Shown here piece after piece: positions 6,271 to 14,697 of a stretch of 15,548 nucleotides of DNA (within the stretch, counting starts at the first letter, position 1; each line of letters begins with the position of its first letter). The notes beneath the pieces were generated by a model. The model ran no database searches, was not told where the DNA came from, and saw nothing but the letters and a program-made list of their open reading frames with translations. A program made the translations under genes and the position numbers. The stretch lies in sequence record MK054233.1; one strand, 5' to 3'.

Positions 6271-6603
6271 ATGAATAGGCTAAAGGTCTTATGGTTCATC
6301 TTCATTTTAGGTAATATTTATGATGTCGTAATATCGGCAATAGCGTGGAGGTATGGGGCTATGGAAATAAATCAAACTTTAATTGATTTAGGCTTATGGT
6401 ATGGTAACACATCATTTTTTTCAGTAATGGAAGCATTTGTTGGCGTCAAATTAATACTAATAGTTGGAGTTTATTGGTTACTAAAATTATTCGAAAAACT
6501 TGGAGTTAGTAAGTATGAATGGTTGGGATTGGCCCCATTCGCCATTGAAACAATTTTTGTTTTAATATATGATACTTATAATTTCGTAATGCATCTTTTT
6601 TAG
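6271..6603 (+). CDS. Three-helix membrane protein (DUF5658-like motif)
   Basis: Hydrophobic segments with YDVVIS-x5-YGAMEIN; GGTGA SD before ATG 6271. Confidence 0.8.
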   Translation: MNRLKVLWFIFILGNIYDVVISAIAWRYGAMEINQTLIDLGLWYGNTSFFSVMEAFVGVKLILIVGVYWLLKLFEKLGVSKYEWLGLAPFAIETIFVLIYDTYNFVMHLF

Positions 6604-6616
6604 GCCCTTTATAAAG
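6601..6616 (+). promoter_or_regulatory. Late promoter box (T3-type)
   Basis: TAGGCCCTTTATAAAG, ending 23 nt before ATG 6640; identical copies at 7799 and 11847. Confidence 0.85.
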
Positions 6617-6639
6617 TCTACCTTCTTTTTTCGCTTACA

Positions 6640-7539
6640 ATGAGGAAGACCCTTCTAGCTCTTCTAACCCTATCCCTAGCGTTACTAATGTTAACAACAC
6701 CTACCGGTGCTATAACTGCAAGTCAGTTAGGTGCAAATCAAATAGTATTTACGACTAATCAATTCTATATTGCCGGCGTTTCATATAGCAATGAGTGGTT
6801 TTCAGCCTTCTTCCATGGTTGGAACCCAATCGTATATGATGTTGAGGGTATCTATTTACGTAACATCTCTTTAGGGTACGTGAACAACCCTAATGGTAAT
6901 GGCTATAATGAAATATTTATAGGTATAGGGCTTAGTGCATATGCCACCGGGACTTTAGGAGGTGCCGGAACGCCGGGACAAATTATAAACAATGCAGTGT
7001 TGGCGGGCTTATATATTGTAACTACCAGTAGTGGATCCTATTATTATTATGTAGGCGCTGAAACATTACAAAATGGTAATCCTATAATTGCTAAAGATTC
7101 ACCACCCATAACCGGTTCTCTTCCAATAAGTGTGCAAACATATTTATATGATGATGGGAACGGAACTGCCACTGCGTATATAACATTATATTATTCATAT
7201 GGTCTACTGACATATAGTTTCTACGTCCCATATCCTTTTAATCCTAGTCAAGGATATGCCTCATATTCTGCACTCACTTTAATTGGTGCGATATTGCAAT
7301 TACCATATATTAGTGGAGGGCTAACGAGTTTCGATTTTACCTATCAAAGTAACGGGCAAAACTATGAATGGCCGAATCAGGTAGCCTCTGGTACTCAGAT
7401 CATGGCAGGGGTTTATAACATATCAAGTTCCGTAAACGAGTTTACACAAGTAAGTCTGTATAACGGTTTCTTAAATAATGGTTTGTGGTCTTACATCTAT
7501 AGTTTTACCTATCCATATCCTACCACACACGCACTCTAA
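6640..7539 (+). CDS. Secreted protein of the SSV1 A291 / SSV9 B310 locus (candidate killer toxin)
   Basis: Signal peptide MRKTLLALLTLSLALLML resembles that of A291; same position between b129 and vp4; body rich in G/S/T/Y/N. Confidence 0.75.
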   Translation: MRKTLLALLTLSLALLMLTTPTGAITASQLGANQIVFTTNQFYIAGVSYSNEWFSAFFHGWNPIVYDVEGIYLRNISLGYVNNPNGNGYNEIFIGIGLSAYATGTLGGAGTPGQIINNAVLAGLYIVTTSSGSYYYYVGAETLQNGNPIIAKDSPPITGSLPISVQTYLYDDGNGTATAYITLYYSYGLLTYSFYVPYPFNPSQGYASYSALTLIGAILQLPYISGGLTSFDFTYQSNGQNYEWPNQVASGTQIMAGVYNISSSVNEFTQVSLYNGFLNNGLWSYIYSFTYPYPTTHAL

Positions 7540-7555
7540 GGCAAAATTTTTTATC

Positions 7556-7566
7556 CTTTCTTTTTT
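7556..7566 (+). terminator. T-tract terminator after the A291-like gene
   Basis: CTTTCTTTTTT follows the stop at 7539. Confidence 0.55.
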
Positions 7567-7568
7567 AT

Positions 7569-7793
7569 ATGTTTAATCAAATGCCAACCGAGTCTATAAC
7601 AAACGTAACAAACGAGCCTATAATACCGTTTACGGTTAAGACTCATAACCCCTCCCCACCATCGCCGTTCCAAGTGGTTTATGATTACATCCCTACAATA
7701 ATTCTATCAATAGGAATAACCCTTTTAGTTTTAACAATCTATGTATCACCATCCCTCAGAATAGCATTAAGAAAATTCTTCGTAAGACGTTAA
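7569..7793 (+). CDS. Small single-pass membrane protein (start at 7569 or 7581)
   Basis: Pro/Thr-rich N-terminus, TM segment IILSIGITLLVLTIYV, basic tail RIALRKFFVRR; fills the gap before vp4. Confidence 0.75.
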   Translation: MFNQMPTESITNVTNEPIIPFTVKTHNPSPPSPFQVVYDYIPTIILSIGITLLVLTIYVSPSLRIALRKFFVRR

Positions 7794-7798
7794 CAGAT

Positions 7799-7814
7799 TA
7801 GGCCCTTTATAAAG
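7799..7814 (+). promoter_or_regulatory. Late promoter box for the vp4 operon
   Basis: TAGGCCCTTTATAAAG, ending 22 nt before ATG 7837. Confidence 0.85.
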
Positions 7815-7836
7815 CCATTTAATTTTTTATCGCTTA

Positions 7837-10272
7837 ATGAAGTGGGGACTATCTTTACTACTACTAATCCTCTTACTCTCACCTATCTTAGCAAACGGTG
7901 TTATAACCGGGCCTCATCCATACTTAGATGGCGGAGGAGGTTTTACCGGGCCTTTCTTCAAATACTCTAACACAATTCAAGTTGGATCCTCTACTTTTTC
8001 TTCTAAATACAATGGTTCAACCCTTTCTACCGCACCATGGCTTAACCCGACTTACGTTTCGATATACAACACTTACTACCTTCAAGTTTTACCGAACCAA
8101 GAGTACATTTCAAATAACGTATCTCTTTCTCTTTCATCATCACAAATCGCTCTAAACGTCACATGGTTATTAGCGTCTTCCGGTAATTCCGGATCCTACG
8201 GTTCAATCGCCATAGGCTACGGTGTTAATTTTCCTTCAGGGTTTACGGGTAACTATGCACCCGCACCACCTTACGCCTCTGATGGGATTGTAGTTTATCT
8301 GGAAAAAGGGAGTTTCCCAACATATAGAATATTCGTATACTTTGATGGTGTGAAACAGTTAAACGTATCTGTGGGATCAATCAGTGTTGGGCAACAAATA
8401 GGTTTAGGGTTCTGGTACTTACCCGCTACAAACCAACTTTACGTTTATTACTATAACGGTACTCTAAAGACTTTTTCAATAACACCGGGTCAAGTTATCA
8501 ATAACCAATTTTATCCTCTTTCATTGAATACTATAAATAGTAATTATGTCATTGATGCTCAAAATGTTGGGCCGGGGTACGGTTACGGGCAGTGGGTGTT
8601 AATATCATACTCAATCTTCCAAACTAAGACATATAGTGCAACACTTAGCTATACATCTGTTATTTTAGGCAATGGTATTCAGGCTTTGGCGGGATTTACT
8701 GGTGCGTACAACCCTTTAAACGTGTCCACTAATGTGACCTCTTGGTCTGTTGTAGGTATCGTTAAGGTTGTAAATTATAGTGTTTCAAACTCACAATATT
8801 CATTGATCGGTAGTGTGAGTTACTTAACATCAACAAATACTGTTTACTTCATTCTTAATAGTATTTACCCCACATATAGTGTAAACACATGGTATCTTAA
8901 CGTAACGTTAGAGTTTCAGTTTGTAACGCCCTCAAGTACAGTCTACAAGAATATTACAATTCCGATTTTTGACGGGGGATTTGCGGTTCTTGTCCAAGTA
9001 AGCTTACCGCAATCATCATACCTATCAGGTCAAACTATCAGTGTTTCTAATTCTACAACTATTGAATATCCCTCTAATGCGGGATATTCGTTAGCCTTAA
9101 AACCGGTTGTAGAAATTAATATACAAGGTCTCACTAACGGCTTTGTGCCATTACCTTACACGGTTACTGCGAACGTTAACGCACAAACAACATATTATTA
9201 CGTTATAAACATACAATTCGGTCAATTCTCTCTAGGTGGTCAAACTGGTACAATAACAATATACCCCGTCAGCCAATTACCCGTTATATTCGTTTCACAA
9301 TATCCCACATCAGTTACGGCTGGTACTAAGGTGACTATAACTTTTCAATTCACTCTTAACACACCCGTTTCAAATGTGACAATGTCAGCGTTTAGCCAAT
9401 CCACTACGACTTTCGCATGGACTTACGCGTCTCTTTTATCGTCATCATCACTTGTGGAGTTTCAGGGGTACTGGCTATCAGCGAATGACGGAATCATAAT
9501 CATTACGCAAAGTCAAAACTATTTAATTCCCTTCAATTATGTAGGTTTGACGTTTTATAACAACAGTGTTAACACAATTCAGATTAACGTTGTAAATAAC
9601 GCGTTACAACTGAATGTTAATAATAACGTGCTAAACTTAGCTAACTCATCTAAAGTTATCGGTATAGGATTCTATTACGGTGCGGGGAAGTTAGTGTTAA
9701 ACTGGTTCTTTGTTAGCGGTATCGTTTTGCAGTCTGCCACTGCAAATCAGGCGTATACAATCTTAACGGGTACAAGTCTGAACACATTGACACAGTATAC
9801 GAATGGATACACTAACGCGTCAGGGTTTGGACAGGTAACCGTGACACTGACTGACACTCCTTACGAGTTAGTGGAAATCTACTGGGGTGGTCTGCAGAAA
9901 TACGTAATCCTAAACATTAGCGTCACTCAGCCTACTACAACTACAACTACGACTGTGAATACTTCAACATTAAACTACAACTACACTAATCCGTTTACTA
10001 ACAACATATCGCCTACCTCAACCCTTTACAACTTTAGCAATATGCAGCCATGGGCTGAACTAGTAGGGATAGTCATTGTAGTCGTCGTTACGTTACTAGG
10101 GTGGAAGTTTGGTGGAAAAGGTGGTGCTAGTGGTGGTGTAGTTATGGGGTTAATCGCCGTGTCCTATCTAGGTTTAGTGCCATGGTATATCTTCTACATC
10201 TTCATCTTTGGCATAGCGTTACTATTAGCGAAAATATTCGTAGATAGGTTTATGGGTGGTGAGGAGGAATGA
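7837..10272 (+). CDS. vp4: VP4 tail/host-adsorption glycoprotein (SSV1 C792 type), 811 aa
   Basis: Signal peptide; N-terminal GPHPY...GGGFTGPFF; many N-x-S/T sequons; Thr-rich linker; C-terminal TM helices; followed by b78. Confidence 0.93.
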   Translation: MKWGLSLLLLILLLSPILANGVITGPHPYLDGGGGFTGPFFKYSNTIQVGSSTFSSKYNGSTLSTAPWLNPTYVSIYNTYYLQVLPNQEYISNNVSLSLSSSQIALNVTWLLASSGNSGSYGSIAIGYGVNFPSGFTGNYAPAPPYASDGIVVYLEKGSFPTYRIFVYFDGVKQLNVSVGSISVGQQIGLGFWYLPATNQLYVYYYNGTLKTFSITPGQVINNQFYPLSLNTINSNYVIDAQNVGPGYGYGQWVLISYSIFQTKTYSATLSYTSVILGNGIQALAGFTGAYNPLNVSTNVTSWSVVGIVKVVNYSVSNSQYSLIGSVSYLTSTNTVYFILNSIYPTYSVNTWYLNVTLEFQFVTPSSTVYKNITIPIFDGGFAVLVQVSLPQSSYLSGQTISVSNSTTIEYPSNAGYSLALKPVVEINIQGLTNGFVPLPYTVTANVNAQTTYYYVINIQFGQFSLGGQTGTITIYPVSQLPVIFVSQYPTSVTAGTKVTITFQFTLNTPVSNVTMSAFSQSTTTFAWTYASLLSSSSLVEFQGYWLSANDGIIIITQSQNYLIPFNYVGLTFYNNSVNTIQINVVNNALQLNVNNNVLNLANSSKVIGIGFYYGAGKLVLNWFFVSGIVLQSATANQAYTILTGTSLNTLTQYTNGYTNASGFGQVTVTLTDTPYELVEIYWGGLQKYVILNISVTQPTTTTTTTVNTSTLNYNYTNPFTNNISPTSTLYNFSNMQPWAELVGIVIVVVVTLLGWKFGGKGGASGGVVMGLIAVSYLGLVPWYIFYIFIFGIALLLAKIFVDRFMGGEEE

Positions 10273-10508
10273 CTGACGCAATTAGTTTAGCCCTTCAAAC
10301 GGGTTTAGGGCCAGTTATTGGCGTCGTCATTATCATTTCTCTAATGGGGTTGACGTACAAAATTGCGGGAAGGATCCCCGCTATCATCACGGGAATAGCG
10401 TCAACATTTGTATTGATTTTTATGGACTTTATACCCGTTTATTGGGGTATAGGGATTATATTTGGTCTGATAGCCGGGATGGTATTAGGTGGGAAAGATG
10501 GGTACTAA
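10269..10508 (+). CDS. b78: Membrane protein, SSV1 B78 homologue
   Basis: MTDAISLALQTGLGPV..., hydrophobic, coupled to vp4. Confidence 0.88.
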   Translation: MTDAISLALQTGLGPVIGVVIIISLMGLTYKIAGRIPAIITGIASTFVLIFMDFIPVYWGIGIIFGLIAGMVLGGKDGY

Positions 10509-11001
10509 GCTAATAGTCTACGTGTTAATTTTCGATATCTTTCTTTCGCTAATGGTAGGTGCTTACGGTGGAATCTCACCACCGTCAATACCACCGATAC
10601 CTAGCTATAGTTTCGATCAAGCTTTAGCATCATCAATCGTGTGGACTGTAGGATGGCCACCAATCACTTTATGGGGATCCGTGACACTTATTCCACCGTT
10701 TTCGATATTGGGGGCTAATTTTCCGGGGCTAACTTTACCGGGTGTAACGATTCCGGGCGTAACACTGTTTAGTATATCGTTTTCATGGCTAGCACCCCTC
10801 TTCTACATCTCTGGTTGGATAATCTGGATATTCCAAACGGTAGCATCAACAGTAGGATATTTGTTAAGTATTTTTACAAGTAGTGTAGCGTTACTATCGT
10901 CAGTACCGGTGGTAGGGCCATTCCTTACTGCGTTTATACTTATTGTTAATTTCATTCTCATTTGGGAACTGGTGAAACTGATAAGGGGTTACGGGCCATG
11001 A
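10498..11001 (+). CDS. c166: Membrane protein, SSV1 C166 homologue
   Basis: MGTKLIVYVLIFD..., Pro/Gly-rich and hydrophobic; expected position. Confidence 0.88.
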   Translation: MGTKLIVYVLIFDIFLSLMVGAYGGISPPSIPPIPSYSFDQALASSIVWTVGWPPITLWGSVTLIPPFSILGANFPGLTLPGVTIPGVTLFSISFSWLAPLFYISGWIIWIFQTVASTVGYLLSIFTSSVALLSSVPVVGPFLTAFILIVNFILIWELVKLIRGYGP

Positions 11002-11339
11002 CTTATAACGCGAATGAGATAAGGGCAAAAATCCTAAGAAAGAAGATACTGGAGCTTATCGCTGAAAACTACGTACTCTCTGCGTCGCTAATCTCTCACA
11101 CACTGCTTTTGAGCTATGCCACCGTTTTGCGTCATCTCAGGATCCTAAATGAACACGGCTATATCGAATTGTACAAAGAAGGGCGAACGTTATATGCAAA
11201 AATTAAGGATAATTCGCGGAAAATTCAGATTCTGAATTCAGAACTAGAGGGGTTTAAAAAGCTTAACGAAAAGACCTTAGTGACCAAGAATGAGGGCAGT
11301 CGCGGTATTGTCAACACCAAAGAAACTAAGAAGGGCTGA
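10998..11339 (+). CDS. b115: ArsR-like winged-helix regulator, SSV1 B115 homologue
   Basis: [30 protein letters not shown]; ATGA overlap at 10998. Confidence 0.9.
   Translation: MTYNANEIRAKILRKKILELIAENYVLSASLISHTLLLSYATVLRHLRILNEHGYIELYKEGRTLYAKIKDNSRKIQILNSELEGFKKLNEKTLVTKNEGSRGIVNTKETKKG
11245..11289 (+). promoter_or_regulatory. T1/T2-type capsid promoter inside b115
   Basis: AGAGGGGTTTAAAAAG with the TATA box at 11252-11259; resembles the SSV1 T1/2 promoter. Confidence 0.7.
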
Positions 11340-11559
11340 GGCAACTAACATAGGTGTACTGTTAGGGTTATTCATCTTCATCCTTATAGGAATAGTATTA
11401 TTGCCCGTTATCGTTTCACAAGTAAACAACCTCACGAGTGGTACCGCACCCGCGGTTACGGGTACTAATGCTACATTATTGAACTTGGTACCGCTATTCT
11501 ATATACTTGTATTGATAATAGTCCCCGCGGTAGTAGCGTATAAGATCTACAAAGACTGA
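11290..11559 (+). CDS. vp1: Major capsid protein VP1 precursor
   Basis: A 16-aa leader then [23 protein letters not shown] gives the known 73-aa mature VP1; sequons NLT and NAT. Confidence 0.98.
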   Translation: MRAVAVLSTPKKLRRAEATNIGVLLGLFIFILIGIVLLPVIVSQVNNLTSGTAPAVTGTNATLLNLVPLFYILVLIIVPAVVAYKIYKD

Positions 11560-11570
11560 GGGGTTGAAAG

Positions 11571-11849
11571 ATGGAGTCAAATGTTAAGGCAATTATTTTT
11601 TTGTTTGTCTTTATCCTCATCGGGGTTGTCCTATTCCAACCAATTTATAATGAAGTAGTTTACGTTACGACATCAGGAACTTACACTACTATTACCTCAG
11701 GTACTCTAGTTACATCATCGTTTATACCTAACCCGCAATATGTAGGGTCTTCAAACGCTACTGTTGTATCATTAGTACCGGTCTTCTACTTACTTGTGTT
11801 GATAATAGTACCGGCCGTGATTGGTTACAGATTGTACAAGAGTGAGTAG
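11571..11849 (+). CDS. vp3: Minor capsid protein VP3
   Basis: VP1 paralogue with two TM helices, 92 aa, directly after vp1. Confidence 0.96.
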   Translation: MESNVKAIIFLFVFILIGVVLFQPIYNEVVYVTTSGTYTTITSGTLVTSSFIPNPQYVGSSNATVVSLVPVFYLLVLIIVPAVIGYRLYKSE

Positions 11850-11862
11850 GCCCTTTATAAAG
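11847..11862 (+). promoter_or_regulatory. Promoter box (T9-type) for the a82-b251 operon
   Basis: TAGGCCCTTTATAAAG, ending 22 nt before ATG 11885; the T-tract at 11869-11877 can also terminate the capsid transcript. Confidence 0.85.
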
Positions 11863-11884
11863 CCATATTCTTTTTTTCCTCTTG

Positions 11885-12133
11885 ATGAGTGCGTTAGGCG
11901 ATGTAATCTATATTTTAGGTATTTTAATCCCACTCCTAGGATTGGTCGTAAGGAACTATCTAGTTGAATTGCTAGGTTTTGTAATGGGTACGATTGCGTT
12001 CTTAGCGTTTGTGCAAAATTATACAGACATAACATTTTCAGCGTCAAACTTCTATTTGGCGTTACTACCTTTAGCGTTTGGCTTAATGGACTTTGCCTTC
12101 TTCTTTAACTGGCTTAAGGAGGAAAGAATATGA
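11885..12133 (+). CDS. a82: Membrane protein, SSV1 A82 homologue
   Basis: 82 aa, three hydrophobic segments, expected position. Confidence 0.88.
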   Translation: MSALGDVIYILGILIPLLGLVVRNYLVELLGFVMGTIAFLAFVQNYTDITFSASNFYLALLPLAFGLMDFAFFFNWLKEERI

Positions 12134-12366
12134 AGGTGATACATAATGATATACGTTTCAGAAAATTACGCATTGGACATACTTATTTTCGATATAACTA
12201 TGCTCATTACTGCACTACTATTCAGAAAGCCAAAGCCCAAACCCGTGAAATCAACATTAGACCACAAAACCATAAGGCGATTAGGGTATTACACCGTAGG
12301 AGCCGGGGTATTAACGCTCTTCTTAGGCCATTTGGGTTTTTACGAAAGTTTTTGGGAATACCTTGA
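12130..12366 (+). CDS. c84: Basic protein overlapping a92 (SSV1 C84 position)
   Basis: ATGA-coupled to a82; overlapping c84/a92 is known in SSV1. Translation is not shown by the sequence. Confidence 0.5.
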   Translation: MKVIHNDIRFRKLRIGHTYFRYNYAHYCTTIQKAKAQTREINIRPQNHKAIRVLHRRSRGINALLRPFGFLRKFLGIP

Positions 12367-12430
12367 AGGGTTGATGTTAGATGCTTTCCTATTTTACATT
12401 GGGTTGAGAATGGTGATCCAAGGTGAGTGA
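12146..12430 (+). CDS. a92: Membrane protein, SSV1 A92 homologue
   Basis: GGTGA SD; hydrophobic segments around a basic loop; coupled to b277. Confidence 0.82.
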   Translation: MIYVSENYALDILIFDITMLITALLFRKPKPKPVKSTLDHKTIRRLGYYTVGAGVLTLFLGHLGFYESFWEYLEGLMLDAFLFYIGLRMVIQGE

Positions 12431-13250
12431 TGGGAAACTACTTCATGCGTGGGAAGAAGAGCTTAAGAAAGCCCAAACGGTAGATGAGTTAAGGCAAAAA
12501 TATGAAGAAATGCAAAAGCAGATAGCGGATAGCAAAACGCTTAAACGCTTATACAAAGTTTATGAAAAGAGAGAATTCGAAATAAAGAAAGCACAGTTTG
12601 AGCAGTTGAAGGCTGAACTTTCAAAGAAGAAGAAGAGGTTCAAGAAAGAGAAGGTTGACGTTAGGGTTAAGGTAGTTAAGAAATGGATCAATTCGCGTTT
12701 GTTTACGGCTGAGCATTATGTGGCAATGCTGCAGCAATCAAAAGACGGGCTGCAGCTGCTATTTCTCAGAAGAGTGAAATTGGTTGAAAACCAGGGCTAT
12801 TTAATGTTGGAAAATAGGAAGATGAGAAAGTCATGGGTCTTAAACGCTGAACCGTTGTTACTTGAAAAGAGTAAATTCCCGTTTGGGCGGAAATTTGTAG
12901 CCGTACACTTTGTCCTACCAGACTATCCGTATACGCTTAACTTAACGGTTGACGAGAAGATTAGGCAATTAACGCTGAAGAGTCTTAACGCCCCTCAGAT
13001 TATTCACTCTATTGTTAGGACAAAGTTCTTTGAAGCACTTGCAAAAGTCGGTGGTGGGCCGGATTTTACAATGTTAGTTATCGGCGTTATAATGGGGATA
13101 GGGATAGGGGTAGCCGTAGGTTTCGGAATAGCAAACGCTAACTTAACGCATTTACTCTCTCAACACGTGACTAATAGCACAGTAACGCATGTTACATCAT
13201 CAACAACATCACCTAGTTTCACGATTCCAAGTAACAGTACAAAGGGGTGA
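12423..13250 (+). CDS. b277: Core protein, SSV1 B277 homologue (coiled coil plus C-terminal TM helix)
   Basis: MSDGKLL..EEELKKAQ start; INSRLFTAEHYVAMLQ; Gly-rich TM segment. Confidence 0.92.
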   Translation: MSDGKLLHAWEEELKKAQTVDELRQKYEEMQKQIADSKTLKRLYKVYEKREFEIKKAQFEQLKAELSKKKKRFKKEKVDVRVKVVKKWINSRLFTAEHYVAMLQQSKDGLQLLFLRRVKLVENQGYLMLENRKMRKSWVLNAEPLLLEKSKFPFGRKFVAVHFVLPDYPYTLNLTVDEKIRQLTLKSLNAPQIIHSIVRTKFFEALAKVGGGPDFTMLVIGVIMGIGIGVAVGFGIANANLTHLLSQHVTNSTVTHVTSSTTSPSFTIPSNSTKG

Positions 13251-13255
13251 GTTAA

Positions 13256-13720
13256 ATGGCTAAGAAGACAGAAGTAGAACAATTACAGAAAGAGAATAAT
13301 GAGTTAAAGAAAAAGTTAGCAGAGATAGAGAGTTTACTAAATAATAATAAGGAATTAGATGAGGATGAAAAGTTACAAGAGATAGAGAACCCCTACACGG
13401 TCACGAATAGGGCAATAACCGAGTTAGTAGAACCTAAGGACACAATGTTTTACCTTTCGGGGTCTCAGATATCACTGATTTTGACGGCGTTTGAGTTTGC
13501 AAGACTCCCTAGTTATTTCGGGGAAGAACCAGTTGTCGAGTTAGCGGAATTCGCTCACAAACTTAAGCACTATTTAGTTTCAAAGAGTGGAAGAGGAAGA
13601 AGGGATATACTGAGGGTACTTAGGGTGTCATCAGGTCAATCTAGGGAAAACGTGAATAAGAGTTTGATTAGTAAAATATTAAAGGGGACTGATATGGATG
13701 CCAAAGAAGAAGAAGGTTAA
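13256..13720 (+). CDS. a154: Core protein, SSV1 A154 homologue
   Basis: IENPYTVTNRAITELVEPKDTMFYLSG; 154 aa; position before b251. Confidence 0.92.
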   Translation: MAKKTEVEQLQKENNELKKKLAEIESLLNNNKELDEDEKLQEIENPYTVTNRAITELVEPKDTMFYLSGSQISLILTAFEFARLPSYFGEEPVVELAEFAHKLKHYLVSKSGRGRRDILRVLRVSSGQSRENVNKSLISKILKGTDMDAKEEEG

Positions 13721-14435
13721 ACATATCAATACGGGGCAGTTAGGGCAGATGATCATAAAAGAGATGCAAGAAAATGGTTTTCAAAGCATAATAATATTCG
13801 GTAAGCAAGGTGCGGGGAAAACTACTTACGCCCTAAAAGTAGGGGCAAGAATATTAATGTATTTATACCCAGAGCTTACTGAACATGACGCATGGTGGCA
13901 GGCATATAATCTTATGGTCTTTTCTCTAGATGAGGCAATAGAAAAACTGACAAGTGTAGTAAACACACATGAACAGGGTAATATAAACTATAGGTTACCA
14001 TTTTTGATAATTGATGACGCGAGCATTGACTTGATTAAATACGCATGGCATCAAGAACAAAATATCCAATTTGCTAAGTTATTTAACTTAGCTAGGACAT
14101 GGTCTACGGCATTAATTTTCACCACTCCATGGATAGATGACCTTCAGAAATTCTTAAGAGAGAAAGCATGGATAGTAGTGCAAGTACAAAAATTCGGGAA
14201 ATCTAAAGGAAACTATCCCCAGTCAATTGCATGGATATATAAGAGGACTATCAAATTGGTCAATGGGGAATTTAAGGGTAAATATGTAGAAAAATATTAC
14301 GATATCTTTAGGAGGGAAATGCCCAATGACCTTTATGAAGAATATATTAAAAGACGTGATAAGGTAATGGCGAAAATAGCGAGTGAGGTACTTGCTATAC
14401 TTAGGGAAAAAGCCTCAAAAGTACCAAGTACATAA
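13698..14435 (+). CDS. b251: P-loop ATPase, SSV1 B251 homologue
   Basis: Walker A GKQGAGKT, Walker B LIIDD; last gene before the convergent int. Confidence 0.94.
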   Translation: MPKKKKVKHINTGQLGQMIIKEMQENGFQSIIIFGKQGAGKTTYALKVGARILMYLYPELTEHDAWWQAYNLMVFSLDEAIEKLTSVVNTHEQGNINYRLPFLIIDDASIDLIKYAWHQEQNIQFAKLFNLARTWSTALIFTTPWIDDLQKFLREKAWIVVQVQKFGKSKGNYPQSIAWIYKRTIKLVNGEFKGKYVEKYYDIFRREMPNDLYEEYIKRRDKVMAKIASEVLAILREKASKVPST

Positions 14436-14438
14436 CGT

Positions 14439-14450
14439 TGTTTTTCTTTC
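14439..14450 (+). terminator. Pyrimidine-tract terminator after b251
   Basis: TGTTTTTCTTTC immediately follows the stop. Confidence 0.6.
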
Positions 14451-14540
14451 AATTCTACACGTGTAAGGTACTTGAAACGGGTCTAGTTTTATAGCGGGGG
14501 CAGTGTTTGCTTATTCCTAATATATATTATGTAAACCGCA

Positions 14541-14557
14541 AAAGAAAGGCTTATTAG
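14541..14557 (+). promoter_or_regulatory. Candidate promoter for the 31-aa ORF
   Basis: Purine-rich BRE AAAGAAAGG plus CTTATTAG, ending 23 nt before ATG 14581; same spacing as the other leaderless promoters. Confidence 0.5.
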
Positions 14558-14580
14558 CTTTTTAAATATATGATAAAAAT

Positions 14581-14676
14581 ATGGACTCGATATGGCTTTT
14601 AGTTTTAGCAGGCATTGGGTTGGAGTCACTCTTTATTTATTATATGGAAAGGCTAAGGCGTGTGTCCAACACGTAA
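14581..14676 (+). CDS. 31-aa single-TM peptide (below the track cutoff)
   Basis: MDSIWLLVLAGIGLESLFIYYMERLRRVSNT; hydrophobic helix with a basic tail; promoter-like element at the right distance. Confidence 0.5.
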   Translation: MDSIWLLVLAGIGLESLFIYYMERLRRVSNT

Positions 14677-14697
14677 GTTACATGCACCCTCTCTTAC

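Noticed and set aside
7928-8155. 75-aa alternative-frame ORF in vp4
   Set aside because: Nested in vp4 with no separate promoter or recognisable features.
9933-9955. ACTACA-type micro-repeat
   Set aside because: Explained by the poly-Thr linker of VP4.
11790-12047. 85-aa minus-strand ORF
   Set aside because: Antisense across vp3, a promoter and a82.
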